NCBI GenBank assembly: GCA_050260255.1
Contig: JBLNBW010000208.1
Location: 1 to 53,169, forward strand
Direction of reading: 5' to 3'
Length of the DNA stretch: 53,169 nucleotides
Origin: Rhodospirillaceae bacterium
Lineage (GTDB): Bacteria; Pseudomonadota; Gammaproteobacteria; Burkholderiales; SG8-41
Part shown: one piece after another, positions 1 to 10,874 of the stretch
Layout: each line of letters begins with the position of its first letter
Position numbering within the stretch: position 1 is the stretch's first letter
Notes under the pieces: model-generated
What the model was told of the DNA's origin: nothing
Database searches by the model: none
What the model saw: only the letters and a program-made list of their open reading frames with translations
Made by a program: the position numbers and the translations under genes

Positions 1-30
1 CCTACCCCCTGACTCGTCGCACCTGACCGG

Positions 31-1083
31 CTATCGCAGCGCCGCGACGATAGCCGCAGTCATTGCTTTCGTGCCCCCAGTGCCGCCGAGATCGCGCGTG
101 ACGGCGCTTTTTTCCTTCAGCACTTCGATCAGCGCCTGCTCGATGCGATCGGCGACTTTCGGCTGACCGATGTAGCGCAGCATCATCACGGCGGAAAGTA
201 TCATGGCCATCGGATTGGCGATGTCCTGCCCGGCGATGTCGGGCGCACTGCCGTGCACCGCCTCGAACATGGCGTGATCGGCGCCGATGTTCGCGCCCGG
301 CGCGACACCCAGACCACCTACCAGGCCGGCACAGAGATCCGAGATGATGTCGCCGTACAGGTTCGCAAGCAGCAGCCCGTCGAACGTCTCCGGCTTGATG
401 ACGAGCTCCATGCACAAGGCGTCGACGACGCGGGCATCGGTCTGGATCTCGGGATAGAGATGTGCGAGATCCTGCGCCGTCTTGAGGAACAGCCCGTCGG
501 TCATCTTGAGCACGTTGGCCTTGTGACCGATGGTGAGGCGACGGCGCGACATGCGGCGGCAGTAGTCGAACGCGAAGCGTGCCGCGCGCTCGGACGCGCC
601 GCGGGTGATGGTCTTGATCGCCTCGGCGGTATCCGCATCGACCATGCGCTCGTTGCCGGTGTAGAGATCCTCGCTGTTCTCTCGGAAGATCACGAGATCG
701 ACGTTCTGGTAGCGGCTCGCGACACCGGGATAGTTCTTGATCGGACGCACGTTGATGAAGAGGTCGAGCTCCTTGCGCAGCGCGATGGCAACACTCGGAT
801 GCGTGCGCTTCACCGGCTTGCCGTCCGGTCCCGTGCGCTCGATAGGCACACGATACGTGCCGCCGAACGGCGTTTGCGTCGGCCCCTTCAATACTATCTT
901 GTTCGTCGCAATGGAGTCGAAAATCGCGCGCGGCAGTGGCGTGCCGTACTGCTGCTCGGCCTTCATGCCGGCGACGACTTCTTCGAATGCGACCTCTGCA
1001 CCTGCGGCTTCGATGATCGCGCGGGCGGAGCCCACCACTTCCGGGCCGATGCCGTCGCCCGGAATCAGAGTAATCGTTTGCAC
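31..1083 (-). CDS. Isocitrate/isopropylmalate-family beta-decarboxylating dehydrogenase
   Basis: PGDGIGPEV N-terminus, RENSEDLY, HKANVLK, NLYGDIISD and FEAVHGSAPDIAG motifs; GTG start. Confidence 0.9.
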   Translation of the reverse strand: MQTITLIPGDGIGPEVVGSARAIIEAAGAEVAFEEVVAGMKAEQQYGTPLPRAIFDSIATNKIVLKGPTQTPFGGTYRVPIERTGPDGKPVKRTHPSVAIALRKELDLFINVRPIKNYPGVASRYQNVDLVIFRENSEDLYTGNERMVDADTAEAIKTITRGASERAARFAFDYCRRMSRRRLTIGHKANVLKMTDGLFLKTAQDLAHLYPEIQTDARVVDALCMELVIKPETFDGLLLANLYGDIISDLCAGLVGGLGVAPGANIGADHAMFEAVHGSAPDIAGQDIANPMAMILSAVMMLRYIGQPKVADRIEQALIEVLKEKSAVTRDLGGTGGTKAMTAAIVAALR

Positions 1084-1112
1084 GTTGAAATGGTTCCTTC
1101 AGGAAGCAGCCG

Positions 1113-2621
1113 TTACGTTTGCGGATCCTCGCCTTCCTTCCATTGGCGGATCTTCGGCAGCATGAACGGCAATGAGATGGCGACAGCGGTGAGGGCCAGC
1201 AGCGTGATGCATATGCCGCTGCTCACGAATATGGACGTGTTGCCGCCCGATATCGTCATGGCCTGGCGGAACGATTGCTCCATCACCCCGCCCAGCACGA
1301 GCGAAAGCACGAGGGGCGCTGCCGGAATATCCACCTTGCGGAAGATGTAACCCAGCACGCCGAAAAACAGCGCGAGATACAGTTCCAGTACGTTGCCGTT
1401 GCCGGCGTAGATACCGATGGTCGAGATCGAGATGATGAGCGGCAGCAATATGCCGGTCGGAATGTAGAGCAGCCGCACGAAAAGCCCGATCAGCGGGAGA
1501 TTCAGGATGAGCAGCATGATGTTGCCGATGTACATGCTGTCCACCAGCCCCCACACGAGGTCCGGACGGTTCTGCAGCAGCAGCGGACCGGGCTGTATGC
1601 CGTACATGATGAACGCGCCCATCAGCACGGCGGTCGAGCCGGAGCCGGGGACGCCGAGCGTGAGCAGCGGCACCATCGCGCCGCCGGTGGAAGCATTGTT
1701 CGCAGCTTCCGGCCCCGCGACACCTTCGATCATGCCCGTGCCGAACTTATGCTTCTCCGGATGCAGCGAGCGCTCGACGCTGTAAGACAGTATCGTCGCT
1801 ATCGTCGCGCCCGCGCCCGGCAGCACGCCCTTGAAGAAGCCGATGAGCGAGCCGCGGATGATGGGCTTCCACGAGCGCGACCATTCCTCGCCCGTGAGCC
1901 ATAGCTTGCCCTTGATGCGTATGATCTCCGACTCGCCCTTGAAATATGCCTCCATGCCGCTGAACACTTCGGCGACCGCGAACAGGCCGACGACGACCAC
2001 GATGAAGCCGACGCCGTCCTGCAGTTCCGGCACGCCCATGGTGTAACGCGGCTGCCCGCTCTGCAAGTCTATGCCGACGGTCGCAATAACCAGGCCCAAC
2101 AGCATCGACAGGATGCCTTTCGCGAGAGAACGGCCCGTAAGCGCGGCGACCGCCGTCATGGCGAAGAGCATCAGCGTGAAGTACTCCGCCGGCCCGAAGC
2201 GCAGCGCGAAGCTCGCGAGCGGCACGGCGAGCATGGTGAGCAGAATCACGCTGATCGTGCCGGCGATGAAAGAGCCGATCGCCGACACCGCAAGCGCTGC
2301 CCCTGCCCGCCCCTTGCGCGCCATCTGATAGCCGTCGATAGCCGTCATCACCGAGGACGATTCGCCCGGCGTATTGATCAGGATAGACGTGGTGGAGCCG
2401 CCGTACATGGCGCCGTAATACATTCCCGCCATCATGATCAGCGCGGACGTCGGATTCATCCCGAAGGTGACGGGTATGAGCAGCGCGATGCCGGCAGCAG
2501 GGCCGATGCCCGGCAGGACGCCGATCACGGTGCCCATCAGACAGCCGAGAAAGGTGTACCAGATGTTGATCGGCGTCGCGGCCACCGCGAAGCCGTTGAT
2601 GATGTGCTGTAGCGCGTCCAT
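1113..2621 (-). CDS. tctA: Tripartite tricarboxylate transporter large permease TctA
   Basis: GVLPGIGP, YYGAMYGGSTTSILINTPGE and GPEAANNA signatures; start placed at MDALQH (2621), not the ORF-track start at 2834. Confidence 0.93.
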   Translation of the reverse strand: MDALQHIINGFAVAATPINIWYTFLGCLMGTVIGVLPGIGPAAGIALLIPVTFGMNPTSALIMMAGMYYGAMYGGSTTSILINTPGESSSVMTAIDGYQMARKGRAGAALAVSAIGSFIAGTISVILLTMLAVPLASFALRFGPAEYFTLMLFAMTAVAALTGRSLAKGILSMLLGLVIATVGIDLQSGQPRYTMGVPELQDGVGFIVVVVGLFAVAEVFSGMEAYFKGESEIIRIKGKLWLTGEEWSRSWKPIIRGSLIGFFKGVLPGAGATIATILSYSVERSLHPEKHKFGTGMIEGVAGPEAANNASTGGAMVPLLTLGVPGSGSTAVLMGAFIMYGIQPGPLLLQNRPDLVWGLVDSMYIGNIMLLILNLPLIGLFVRLLYIPTGILLPLIISISTIGIYAGNGNVLELYLALFFGVLGYIFRKVDIPAAPLVLSLVLGGVMEQSFRQAMTISGGNTSIFVSSGICITLLALTAVAISLPFMLPKIRQWKEGEDPQT

Positions 2622-2629
2622 GCCCGTCC

Positions 2630-3100
2630 TTAGAAGCTGAAGATGCCGGGCGCGAGCGTCACGCCGAGCGCTTTCACGAACAGTGCATAGCTCGCCACGG
2701 AGAAAATCACCGACGTAAGCGCGTTCGTGAGCCAGCGGTTGCGATGGAAATACGCCATGAGCACGAACAGGAACACCGCGGTCGACAGCATGTAGCCCAG
2801 GTGCTCGAACACGGCGTAATAGACCGCCGTCCACACGACGACGGCCGCGATCACCATGTAGTGGCCGCGTTCCTCGCTGGTGCTTTCATGCGCGTTCTCT
2901 TCACTATCCGAGCGCCGCGCACGCAGCATCTCGAGGAACAGCATGATGGCACTCAGGATGAGCCCGGCGCCGAGCAGGCGTGGAAACGCTTTGGGACCGA
3001 GCGGGTCGCCGATTTCGAGCGCAGGAATCTGCGCGGTCGCGTACAGATACAGCCCCGCGAACACGAGGATGCAGACGAAGATGATGCGATCAGCCAGCAT
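2630..3100 (-). CDS. tctB: Tripartite tricarboxylate transporter small subunit TctB
   Basis: Multi-TM small protein with DPLGPKAFP and C-terminal LGVTLAPG, directly upstream of tctA; start MLADRI after a GGAGG RBS. Confidence 0.88.
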   Translation of the reverse strand: MLADRIIFVCILVFAGLYLYATAQIPALEIGDPLGPKAFPRLLGAGLILSAIMLFLEMLRARRSDSEENAHESTSEERGHYMVIAAVVVWTAVYYAVFEHLGYMLSTAVFLFVLMAYFHRNRWLTNALTSVIFSVASYALFVKALGVTLAPGIFSF

Positions 3101-3292
3101 GGGCCGTCCTCCACAGTTGCGTGCGCACCGCATCGGCGCAACTTCTTGTTGTGCTTAAACACCGGTTATAGAGCCAGCTGACGTGGCCGCGACATCTTAC
3201 CCAAGAATTCCCGCACTGTCTGCACGCGCATCTGCGGGTCATCCAGCATGCGGCCTGCGATTACGCCTGTTAATCAGCAGGCCCCACGCTCG

Positions 3293-4906
3293 TCACATCT
3301 GCTTGCGGTACTCTGCCGGATCGATGCGCGCCTCGATCAGCGTGAAGGTATCGGACGAGAGCGCGTCTTTCGCCGCTTTTTCGAGCGCCGCCACGTCTTC
3401 GACCACGATGCCGCTGCCGCCGTAAGCCCGAGCGAGCAATGCGTAATCGGGACTGCCGGTGGCAACGCCCGTCTCGGCGAGCTTCATGCGCTCCTGCTTC
3501 AACTTTATGAGCGAGAGCGTGTCGTCGCGGAATACGACGAGCGTCACTGCGAGCTTGTGCTCTTTCAACAGCGCGAGCTCGCCGATCACCATGTCGAGCC
3601 CCGCCTCGCCCATCATGGCGAGCACCGGCCGATCGCGGAACTGCAGCTTTGCCGCAATGGCGGCCGGCAGTGCGTACCCCATGGACCCGAGGCCGTTAGA
3701 TTGCAGGAGACGGCGCGGCTCGTAGCATTGCCAAACGTGATTGATGAGGATGCGATGCGATCCGGTGTCTATGGTGGCTATCGTGTCCCGTGGAAAAACT
3801 TTGCGCAGTGTGGAAGCAACCTGGTAAGGCCCCAATCCGTGCGCAGGACGCTGAACCACGGCGTCGCGTATGCTGATGCGATACTCGTCGAGCTCCGATT
3901 GCGGCCAGCGCTCGGGCGAGCGACGCGTACCGGCTGCGTTGAGCGCGCGCAGAAAGCCCGCGATGCCGCCCGCGTACTCGATGCGGCAGCGAAATACGTG
4001 ATGTGTGTTGGGCACGAGATCTATGCCGACCGTGCGCTTGTCCTCGTTCCACGGCGCCATCCAGTCTGCACGCAGCTCCACGGGATCGAAGCCTATGGCG
4101 AGTATCAGATCGCTTTCGGCGATTCGTGCCATGTGCAGCTTGTCGACCACCGGCGAGAGGCCCGTCGCACCGATCACGAGTGGATGATCCTCGGCGACCG
4201 CGCCCTTCGCCTTGTACGTCATCACGGCCGGAATCTGCCACTGCTCGAGGAACCGGCGCAGCTCGTCGCACGCATCGTCGAGTTGCACGCCCAGTCCGAC
4301 GAGCGCAATAGGCCTCTTCGCCTGTTCCAGCCATTCGACGACCTGGGCGAGCGTCTCGGGCGCCGGCGCCGTGGCAATCACCGCCGGCGCGTGCGGGCGG
4401 CCCTCCGGCTGCTCCGCCGGCGCGACATCCGTCGGCAGATTGAGATGCACCGGACCGGGCATGGGACTCGTCGCGATCGCCAGACCCTTGCGCACCTGCT
4501 CGTACGCGCCTTTGGCGCGTACCGTCGTCGTCCATTTGACGATCGGCCGCAGCAGCGACTCGTGATCGATGATCTGATGCGTGTAAACAGCGCCGATCGG
4601 CGTTGCGATTTCGCCGGTCAGCACCGCGACCGCGGAGCGGTCCAGGAACGCCTGAGCGACGGCGGTCGTCGTGTTCGTGATGCCGGGCCCCAGCGTCGCG
4701 ACGAGCACGCCCGGCGTACCGGTGAGCTGGAACGTCGCGTCGGCCATCATGCCGGCGCCGAGCTCCTGCTTGGTCAGCACGAACTGAATGCCTGCCTTGC
4801 GAAACGCGTCCAGCAGCTCGAGGACTTCTCCGCCCGGGATACCGTAAGCGTAGCGGACGCCGTGCTCCTTCAGGGCCGCAGCGATGATGTCGGCAGTTTT
4901 CGGCAC
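3293..4906 (-). CDS. Thiamine-diphosphate-binding enzyme (acetolactate synthase-like superfamily)
   Basis: YGIPGG, TLGPGITN, PGPVHLNLP, GSMGYALPAAIAAK; TPP motif degenerate (GEAG...FRD). Start GTG 4906 or TTG 4930. Confidence 0.85.
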   Translation of the reverse strand: MPKTADIIAAALKEHGVRYAYGIPGGEVLELLDAFRKAGIQFVLTKQELGAGMMADATFQLTGTPGVLVATLGPGITNTTTAVAQAFLDRSAVAVLTGEIATPIGAVYTHQIIDHESLLRPIVKWTTTVRAKGAYEQVRKGLAIATSPMPGPVHLNLPTDVAPAEQPEGRPHAPAVIATAPAPETLAQVVEWLEQAKRPIALVGLGVQLDDACDELRRFLEQWQIPAVMTYKAKGAVAEDHPLVIGATGLSPVVDKLHMARIAESDLILAIGFDPVELRADWMAPWNEDKRTVGIDLVPNTHHVFRCRIEYAGGIAGFLRALNAAGTRRSPERWPQSELDEYRISIRDAVVQRPAHGLGPYQVASTLRKVFPRDTIATIDTGSHRILINHVWQCYEPRRLLQSNGLGSMGYALPAAIAAKLQFRDRPVLAMMGEAGLDMVIGELALLKEHKLAVTLVVFRDDTLSLIKLKQERMKLAETGVATGSPDYALLARAYGGSGIVVEDVAALEKAAKDALSSDTFTLIEARIDPAEYRKQM

Positions 4907-5215
4907 TTCTTCTCGCTCCTCCGCGACCAACGCGTCGCGACATATAGGTCATATAGATGAGCTGTGATGTTAGCACACCGCTACAGCCATTCGAGAAGCT
5001 TCTTCGCCCGGATTATGGACGTGGCAATGTTGACCACCCAGTGTGCATCAGTTAACGTCGAAACGTTCGCAGCTTGACGTTTGTCTTTCGCGCAGCACCT
5101 CTGCACAGCCCACGTCCACGGCGCTGCCGTGGCGGCGATCCTCCATAGCGACTCACAGGCTTGGGACGACGCCGCGACCCCGCCCCGTTCCGCGATGTAC
5201 AGCCAGGAGTAACGC

Positions 5216-7900
5216 ATGAGCCACAATCTTCACGATTCGCTGCAGGAATTCGATATCGGCGGCGGCAGGAAGGGCCGCTATTACTCGCTCCCCGCGCTCG
5301 AGAAGGCCGGTGTGGGCACAGTATCCCGCCTCCCCGTCAGTCTGCGCGTGGTCCTCGAGTCTGCGCTGCGCAATTTCGACGGCAGGAAGATCACCGAAAC
5401 GCACCTCAAGGGACTGGCGAACTGGAAGCCGAACGGCAAGCGCACCGAGGAAGTGCCGTTCGTCGTCGCCCGCGTGCTGCTCCAGGACATGACCGGGGTG
5501 CCGCTCGTCGTCGATTTCGCCGCGATGCGCGAGGCGGCGAAGAAGATGGGCAAGGATCCGGAGCTCATTGAGCCGCTGGTGCCCGCGCATCTCATCATCG
5601 ATCATTCGGTGCAGATCGACACCTACGGCACGCCCGACGCGCTGCGCAAGAACATGGAAATCGAGTTCAGGAGGAATCGCGAGCGCTACGAATTCCTGAA
5701 GTGGAGCGCGCAGGCGTTCAGGACCTTTCAGATCGTGCCGCCCGGCAACGGGATCTGCCATCAGGTGAACCTGGAGTACGTGTCGCGCGTGGTGTGGGAA
5801 AAAGACGGCATGTACTATCCCGACAGCCTGATCGGCACCGATTCGCACACGACGATGGTGAACGGACTGGGCGTCCTGGGCTGGGGTGTAGGCGGCATCG
5901 AGGCCGAAGCGTCGATGCTCGGCCAGCCGATGTATTTCCTCGAGCCCGACGTGATCGGCGTGCATCTCACGGGGCGCCTTGGCGAAGGCGTCACCGCAAC
6001 CGATCTCGTGCTCACGATCACGCAGCTCCTGCGCGCGAAGAAGGTCGTCGGCAAGTTCGTCGAATACTTCGGTGAGGGCGCCGCATCGCTCCCCCTGCCC
6101 GACCGCGCGACGATCGGCAACATGGCGCCGGAGTATGGTGCAACGTGCGGCTATTTCCCGGTCGATGAGGTCTCGCTCGAGTTTCTGCGCATCACCGGCC
6201 GCGGCGACATCGTTCCCGCGGTCAAAGGGTATCTGCAGGCACAAGGCATGTTCGGCATGCCGAAGAAAGGCGACATTGACTATACCGACGTCGTGGAGCT
6301 CGATCTTTCCACGGTGAAGCCGGCCGTCTCCGGTCCGCGCCGCCCGCACGACCGGCTCGATCTTCCGGCCCTGAAGAGCAAGTTCGCCGAGCTGATGGCG
6401 AAGCCGTTCATCGACGGCGGCTACGGCAAGGCAAGCGACATGACGAAGCGTGTGCCGACCAGCGAGCCGGGCGTTGACCTTGGCCACGGCGACGTGCTCA
6501 TCTCGGCGATCACCTCGTGCACCAACACCTCGAACCCCGGCGTGCTGCTCGCGGCCGGTCTGCTCGCGAAAAAAGCGGTGGAAAAGGGCCTCAAGCCGCA
6601 CCCGCGCGTGAAAACTTCGCTCGGGCCGGGATCAGTCGCAGTCACCGAGTACCTGAAGAACGCGGGACTCCTCACCTACCTCGAGCAGCTCGGCTACTAC
6701 GTGTCGGGCTACGGCTGCACGACCTGCATCGGCAACTCCGGCCCGCTCGATCCGCACATCGACGAAGCGGTCTCGAAGAACGACATCGTGGCGGCTGCCG
6801 TGCTCTCGGGCAACCGCAACTTCGAAGCGCGCATCCACCAGAACATCAAGGCGAACTTCCTGATGAGCCCGCCGCTCGTGGTCGCTTTCGGTCTCGCCGG
6901 CACGGTCATGATTGACATGGCGAACGATCCCATCGGCACGGGCAACGACGGCAAGCCGGTGTACCTCAAGGACATCTGGCCCACGCAGCAGGAAGTCGCC
7001 GCCGTCATAAAATATGCGACCGATCCAGAGATGTACCGGAAGGTCTTCTCGACGTTCAAGGAAGGCAATCCGATGTGGGACGAGATCCCCGCTTCGGTCG
7101 GCGCAATCTATCAGTGGAACGATCAATCGACTTACGTGCGCCATCCGCCGTATTTCGAGGGTTTCGGCATGCAGCCCGGCACGATCTCGGACATTAAGGG
7201 TGCGCGCGTGCTCGGCATTTTCGGCGATTCCATCACCACCGATCACATCAGCCCCGCGGGCGGCATACGGCCGACCTCGCCGGCCGGCAAGTATCTGCAA
7301 GAGCACGGAGTTGAGGTTGCCGACTTCAACACCTACGGCGCGCGCCGCGGCAATCACGAAGTGATGATGCGCGGCACGTTCGCTAACGTGCGGATCAAGA
7401 ACCTGATGGTACCCGGCACCGAAGGCGGCGTGACGATACACCATCCTTCCGGCCAGCAGACGACTATTTACGAAGCGGCGATGCGCTACAAGCAGGAGGG
7501 CGTGCCATCGGTAGTGTTCGGCGGCGACGAATACGGCCAGGGCTCGTCCCGCGACTGGGCGGCGAAGGGACCGCAGTTGCTCGGCGTGAAAGCCGTCATC
7601 GTGCGCAACTTCGAGCGCATCCACCGGGCGAACCTGGTCTTCATGGGCGTGCTGCCGCTGCAGTTCAAGGACAACACGACTGCACAGTCGCTCAAGCTCG
7701 ACGGCAGCGAAACGATAGACATCGAAGGCATAGAACAAGGTATCACGCCCCAACAGGATGTCATGATGGTGGTGCGACGCAAAAACGGCACGAGCGAAAA
7801 CGTCCCGCTGCGCCTTCGCATCGACACGGCCATCGAGGTGGATTATTACCGGCACGGCGGCATCCTGCCGTACGTCTTGCGCGAGCTTCTGGCGCAGTGA
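5216..7900 (+). CDS. acnA: Aconitate hydratase A
   Basis: [38 protein letters not shown] (Fe-S Cys), [10 protein letters not shown]; AGGAG RBS. Confidence 0.96.
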   Translation: MSHNLHDSLQEFDIGGGRKGRYYSLPALEKAGVGTVSRLPVSLRVVLESALRNFDGRKITETHLKGLANWKPNGKRTEEVPFVVARVLLQDMTGVPLVVDFAAMREAAKKMGKDPELIEPLVPAHLIIDHSVQIDTYGTPDALRKNMEIEFRRNRERYEFLKWSAQAFRTFQIVPPGNGICHQVNLEYVSRVVWEKDGMYYPDSLIGTDSHTTMVNGLGVLGWGVGGIEAEASMLGQPMYFLEPDVIGVHLTGRLGEGVTATDLVLTITQLLRAKKVVGKFVEYFGEGAASLPLPDRATIGNMAPEYGATCGYFPVDEVSLEFLRITGRGDIVPAVKGYLQAQGMFGMPKKGDIDYTDVVELDLSTVKPAVSGPRRPHDRLDLPALKSKFAELMAKPFIDGGYGKASDMTKRVPTSEPGVDLGHGDVLISAITSCTNTSNPGVLLAAGLLAKKAVEKGLKPHPRVKTSLGPGSVAVTEYLKNAGLLTYLEQLGYYVSGYGCTTCIGNSGPLDPHIDEAVSKNDIVAAAVLSGNRNFEARIHQNIKANFLMSPPLVVAFGLAGTVMIDMANDPIGTGNDGKPVYLKDIWPTQQEVAAVIKYATDPEMYRKVFSTFKEGNPMWDEIPASVGAIYQWNDQSTYVRHPPYFEGFGMQPGTISDIKGARVLGIFGDSITTDHISPAGGIRPTSPAGKYLQEHGVEVADFNTYGARRGNHEVMMRGTFANVRIKNLMVPGTEGGVTIHHPSGQQTTIYEAAMRYKQEGVPSVVFGGDEYGQGSSRDWAAKGPQLLGVKAVIVRNFERIHRANLVFMGVLPLQFKDNTTAQSLKLDGSETIDIEGIEQGITPQQDVMMVVRRKNGTSENVPLRLRIDTAIEVDYYRHGGILPYVLRELLAQ

Positions 7901-7966
7901 GCCGTTATAGGGTAACTTCTTGCGCCACGTTTGAACTCCGGCGCCTACCCGGCGCCGGCGACCCCG

Positions 7967-8002
7967 CAGGCCGGCTCCCACGAAGAGCCGGCCTGTTTTT
8001 TT
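7967..8002 (+). terminator. Intrinsic terminator of acnA
   Basis: CAGGCCGGCTC-loop-GAGCCGGCCTG followed by T7. Confidence 0.85.
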
Positions 8003-8042
8003 CTGCGGATATAATGGCTGCCTCATCATTGGACTCGATGCC

Positions 8043-9479
8043 ATGAACGCACCTCACTCGATACCGCGCGGCGAGCTCCTGCAGCGCCTGGAAAGAATCG
8101 TCGGCCGCCAAGGACTGCTCACCGATGCGAACGACGTCGAGCCGCATGCGATGGACTGGCGCGGCATTTACCGCGGCACGACGCCGGCCGTGGTGCGGCC
8201 CGCCAATACCGAGGAGGTTGCTGCCGTCATGCGCGTATGCGCCGAGACGCGCACGCCGGTGATTCCTCAGGGAGGCAATACCGGCATGTGCGGCGCGTCG
8301 GTTCCGCACATGGACGCCGGCGAAGTGATCGTCACGATGTCGCGGATGAATCGCATCCTCGAAGTCGATCCTTTGAACAACACGATGACGGCCCAGGCGG
8401 GATGCGTGCTCGCCACTCTGCAGCAGGCGGCGGCGGACGTCGATCGCCTCTTTCCTCTGAGCCTCGGCGCCGAAGGCAGCTGCCAGATCGGCGGCAATCT
8501 TTCCACCAACGCCGGCGGCGTGAACGTGCTGCGCTACGGCAACACGCGGGATCTCGTGCTCGGTCTCGAAGTCGTGCTCCCGGACGGCCGCGTGTGGAAC
8601 GGCTTGAGAACGTTGCGCAAGGACAACACGGGCTACGACCTCAAGCATTTGTTCGTCGGCGCAGAAGGGACGCTCGGCATAATCACCACCGCGGCATTGA
8701 AGCTTTTTCCGCGTCCGCACGCCGCTGCGACGGCATGGGCAGCGGTGCGCGATCCGGAGGCAGCACTCGAGTTTCTCGCCGAGCTGCGGGCGCATTGCGG
8801 CGACCGCATCACCGCGTACGAGTTGATTTCGCGGCGCTGCCTGGATCTCGTGCTGCAGCACATACCCAACACGCGCGATCCGCTCTCCTCGCGATACGGC
8901 TGGTACATACTCACCGAGCTCAACGACATCAACGCGGCCACGCAGCTTCGCCCGGAGCTCGAGCGCGCGCTCGAAGCGGGCATCGAACGCGGACTGCTGC
9001 AGGATGCAGCGATCGCGGAAAGCGCCTCGCAATCGCAAGCGCTCTGGCGGATACGCGAGTCGATACCGGAAGCGGCGAAAGCGGAGCCCGGCATGCTCTA
9101 CCGCCATGACGTCGCCGTAAGCGTGAGTCAGGTACCGGCTTTCATACGCGACGCCGAAAAAGCGCTGCTCGCCGCCTTCCCCGGCGCCGACATCATTTGT
9201 TTCGGCCACCTGGGCGACGGCAATCTCCACTACAACAGCTACGTCGCGGGTCGCTCGCGCAGCGATGCCGCGGCACGCGAGGCGCATGACGTCACGGACG
9301 TCGTCTACGACATCGTCCACCGCTACGGCGGCAGCTTCAGCGCAGAGCATGGAATAGGCCTCGCTAAAGTCGCCGAGCTGCGACGCTATAAGAGTGCCAT
9401 CGAGCTGGAACTCATGCGCAGCATCAAGCGCACCCTCGATCCGATGGGCATCATGAACCCCGGCAAGGTGCTGCTGTAG
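8043..9479 (+). CDS. FAD-linked oxidoreductase (D-2-hydroxyacid / D-2-hydroxyglutarate dehydrogenase-like)
   Basis: [47 protein letters not shown]; TATAAT at 8010-8015. Confidence 0.9.
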   Translation: MNAPHSIPRGELLQRLERIVGRQGLLTDANDVEPHAMDWRGIYRGTTPAVVRPANTEEVAAVMRVCAETRTPVIPQGGNTGMCGASVPHMDAGEVIVTMSRMNRILEVDPLNNTMTAQAGCVLATLQQAAADVDRLFPLSLGAEGSCQIGGNLSTNAGGVNVLRYGNTRDLVLGLEVVLPDGRVWNGLRTLRKDNTGYDLKHLFVGAEGTLGIITTAALKLFPRPHAAATAWAAVRDPEAALEFLAELRAHCGDRITAYELISRRCLDLVLQHIPNTRDPLSSRYGWYILTELNDINAATQLRPELERALEAGIERGLLQDAAIAESASQSQALWRIRESIPEAAKAEPGMLYRHDVAVSVSQVPAFIRDAEKALLAAFPGADIICFGHLGDGNLHYNSYVAGRSRSDAAAREAHDVTDVVYDIVHRYGGSFSAEHGIGLAKVAELRRYKSAIELELMRSIKRTLDPMGIMNPGKVLL

Positions 9480-9537
9480 CCTACGTTCCGGAACTTTGCC
9501 TGCGATCGGCGTCCTAAGCTCAGGATTGGAGCTCGAC

Positions 9538-9933
9538 ATGACCGAGAAAGTGCAGAAAACTGACGCCGAATGGCGTCAGCAGCTCACGCCGGAGGAATTC
9601 CGGATTGCGCGGGAGAAAGGCACGGAGCCGGCCTTCACCGGCGCATACTGGAACAATCACGAGCAAGGCACGTATCGCTGCAAATGCTGCGGCGCCGAGC
9701 TCTTCAGCTCCGAGCACAAGTACGAGTCCGGTTCCGGCTGGCCGAGCTTCTGGCAGCCCGCGGCGCCGGAGAACGTCGAGACGGCGGACGATTTCAGCCA
9801 CTTCATGCAGCGTACGGAGGTGCTATGCAAGCGCTGCGACGCTCACCTCGGCCACGTGTTCGAAGACGGTCCTCAGCCTACCGGGCTGCGCTATTGCATC
9901 AATTCGGCGTCGCTGCGCTTCGAAAAGAAGTGA
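9538..9933 (+). CDS. msrB: Peptide methionine (R)-sulfoxide reductase
   Basis: [33 protein letters not shown] and two CxxC pairs; ATG at 9538 after GGAG. Confidence 0.95.
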   Translation: MTEKVQKTDAEWRQQLTPEEFRIAREKGTEPAFTGAYWNNHEQGTYRCKCCGAELFSSEHKYESGSGWPSFWQPAAPENVETADDFSHFMQRTEVLCKRCDAHLGHVFEDGPQPTGLRYCINSASLRFEKK

Positions 9934-10013
9934 GGCGCCCGGCGGTGTGACGCCGGCCATTGGACAGCCGCGGGTGGCGTCAGCATAATAGCGGCCCGGA
10001 AACGGCCCATATC

Positions 10014-10577
10014 ATGAAATTCCTTTTCGATTTCCTGCCCTTACTGGTGTTCTTCGCAGGCTACGCCGCGGTCGACATCTTTTTTGCCACCGCTGCGGCG
10101 ATGGTGGCGACGACCTTTCAGATAGGCTGGTCGTGGCTCAAGCATCGCAAGGTCGACACGCTGTTGTGGGTGAACTTCGGCGCCGTGATGGTATTCGGCG
10201 GGCTGACGCTGTTCCTGCACGACAAGCGCTTCATCATGATCAAGCCCACCATCGTGTACTGGCTGATGGCGACGGGTCTGCTGATCTCCTATGCCGTATT
10301 CAAGAAGAACCCCATACGCATGATGATGCAAGCGCATTTCGACGCGCCGGACCGCCTGTGGTCGCGCTGGGCGGGCGGGTGGATATTGTTCTTCGCGGGA
10401 CTGGGCCTGCTCAACCTGTTCGTCGCCTACAACTTCAGCGAAGCGATCTGGGTGAAGTTCAAGGTCTTCGGCGCGCTCGTGCTGACGCTGGTGCTGATGG
10501 CCGTGCAGATATGGACGCTCATGCCCTACGCCCGCGAAGAGAGCTCGGCCGAAAGCGGCTCGGAGGAGCGATCGTAG
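10014..10577 (+). CDS. ispZ: Intracellular septation protein A (YciB/IspZ)
   Basis: MKFLFDFLPLLVFF, FGGLTL, KPTIVYW, WVKFKVFG. Confidence 0.92.
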   Translation: MKFLFDFLPLLVFFAGYAAVDIFFATAAAMVATTFQIGWSWLKHRKVDTLLWVNFGAVMVFGGLTLFLHDKRFIMIKPTIVYWLMATGLLISYAVFKKNPIRMMMQAHFDAPDRLWSRWAGGWILFFAGLGLLNLFVAYNFSEAIWVKFKVFGALVLTLVLMAVQIWTLMPYAREESSAESGSEERS

Positions 10578-10603
10578 CCCCCGCCACCGACGTCGCCGTC
10601 CGC

Positions 10604-10849
10604 ATGAAGGAGCGCCTGGCGGCGCTGGAGCCGCAGGTCGTCGACATACTCGACGAATCCGGCAAGCACATCGGACATGAAGGCGCCAAAGGGGGCGGCG
10701 GTCACTACCAGCTCGTGATCGTCTCGCCGCGGTTTGCCGGCGTGGCGCGCCAGGCCCGTCACCGCATGGTCTACCAGGCGCTCGGCACGATGATGCACGA
10801 CGAAATACACGCGCTCGCCATACAGGCGTACGCGCCCGATGAATTCTGA
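10604..10849 (+). CDS. bolA: BolA family protein
   Basis: DESGKHIGH, GHYQLVIVSPRF, RHRMVY, IHALAI in the C-terminal part of ORF 10133..10849; true start uncertain. Confidence 0.88.
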   Translation: MKERLAALEPQVVDILDESGKHIGHEGAKGGGGHYQLVIVSPRFAGVARQARHRMVYQALGTMMHDEIHALAIQAYAPDEF

Positions 10850-10874
10850 TTTCGATTTCTTGGAAGGATAGCCC

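Noticed and set aside
2622-2834. N-terminal extension of TctA in the ORF track
   Set aside because: It overlaps tctB in another frame; TctA-like sequence begins at MDALQH (2621).
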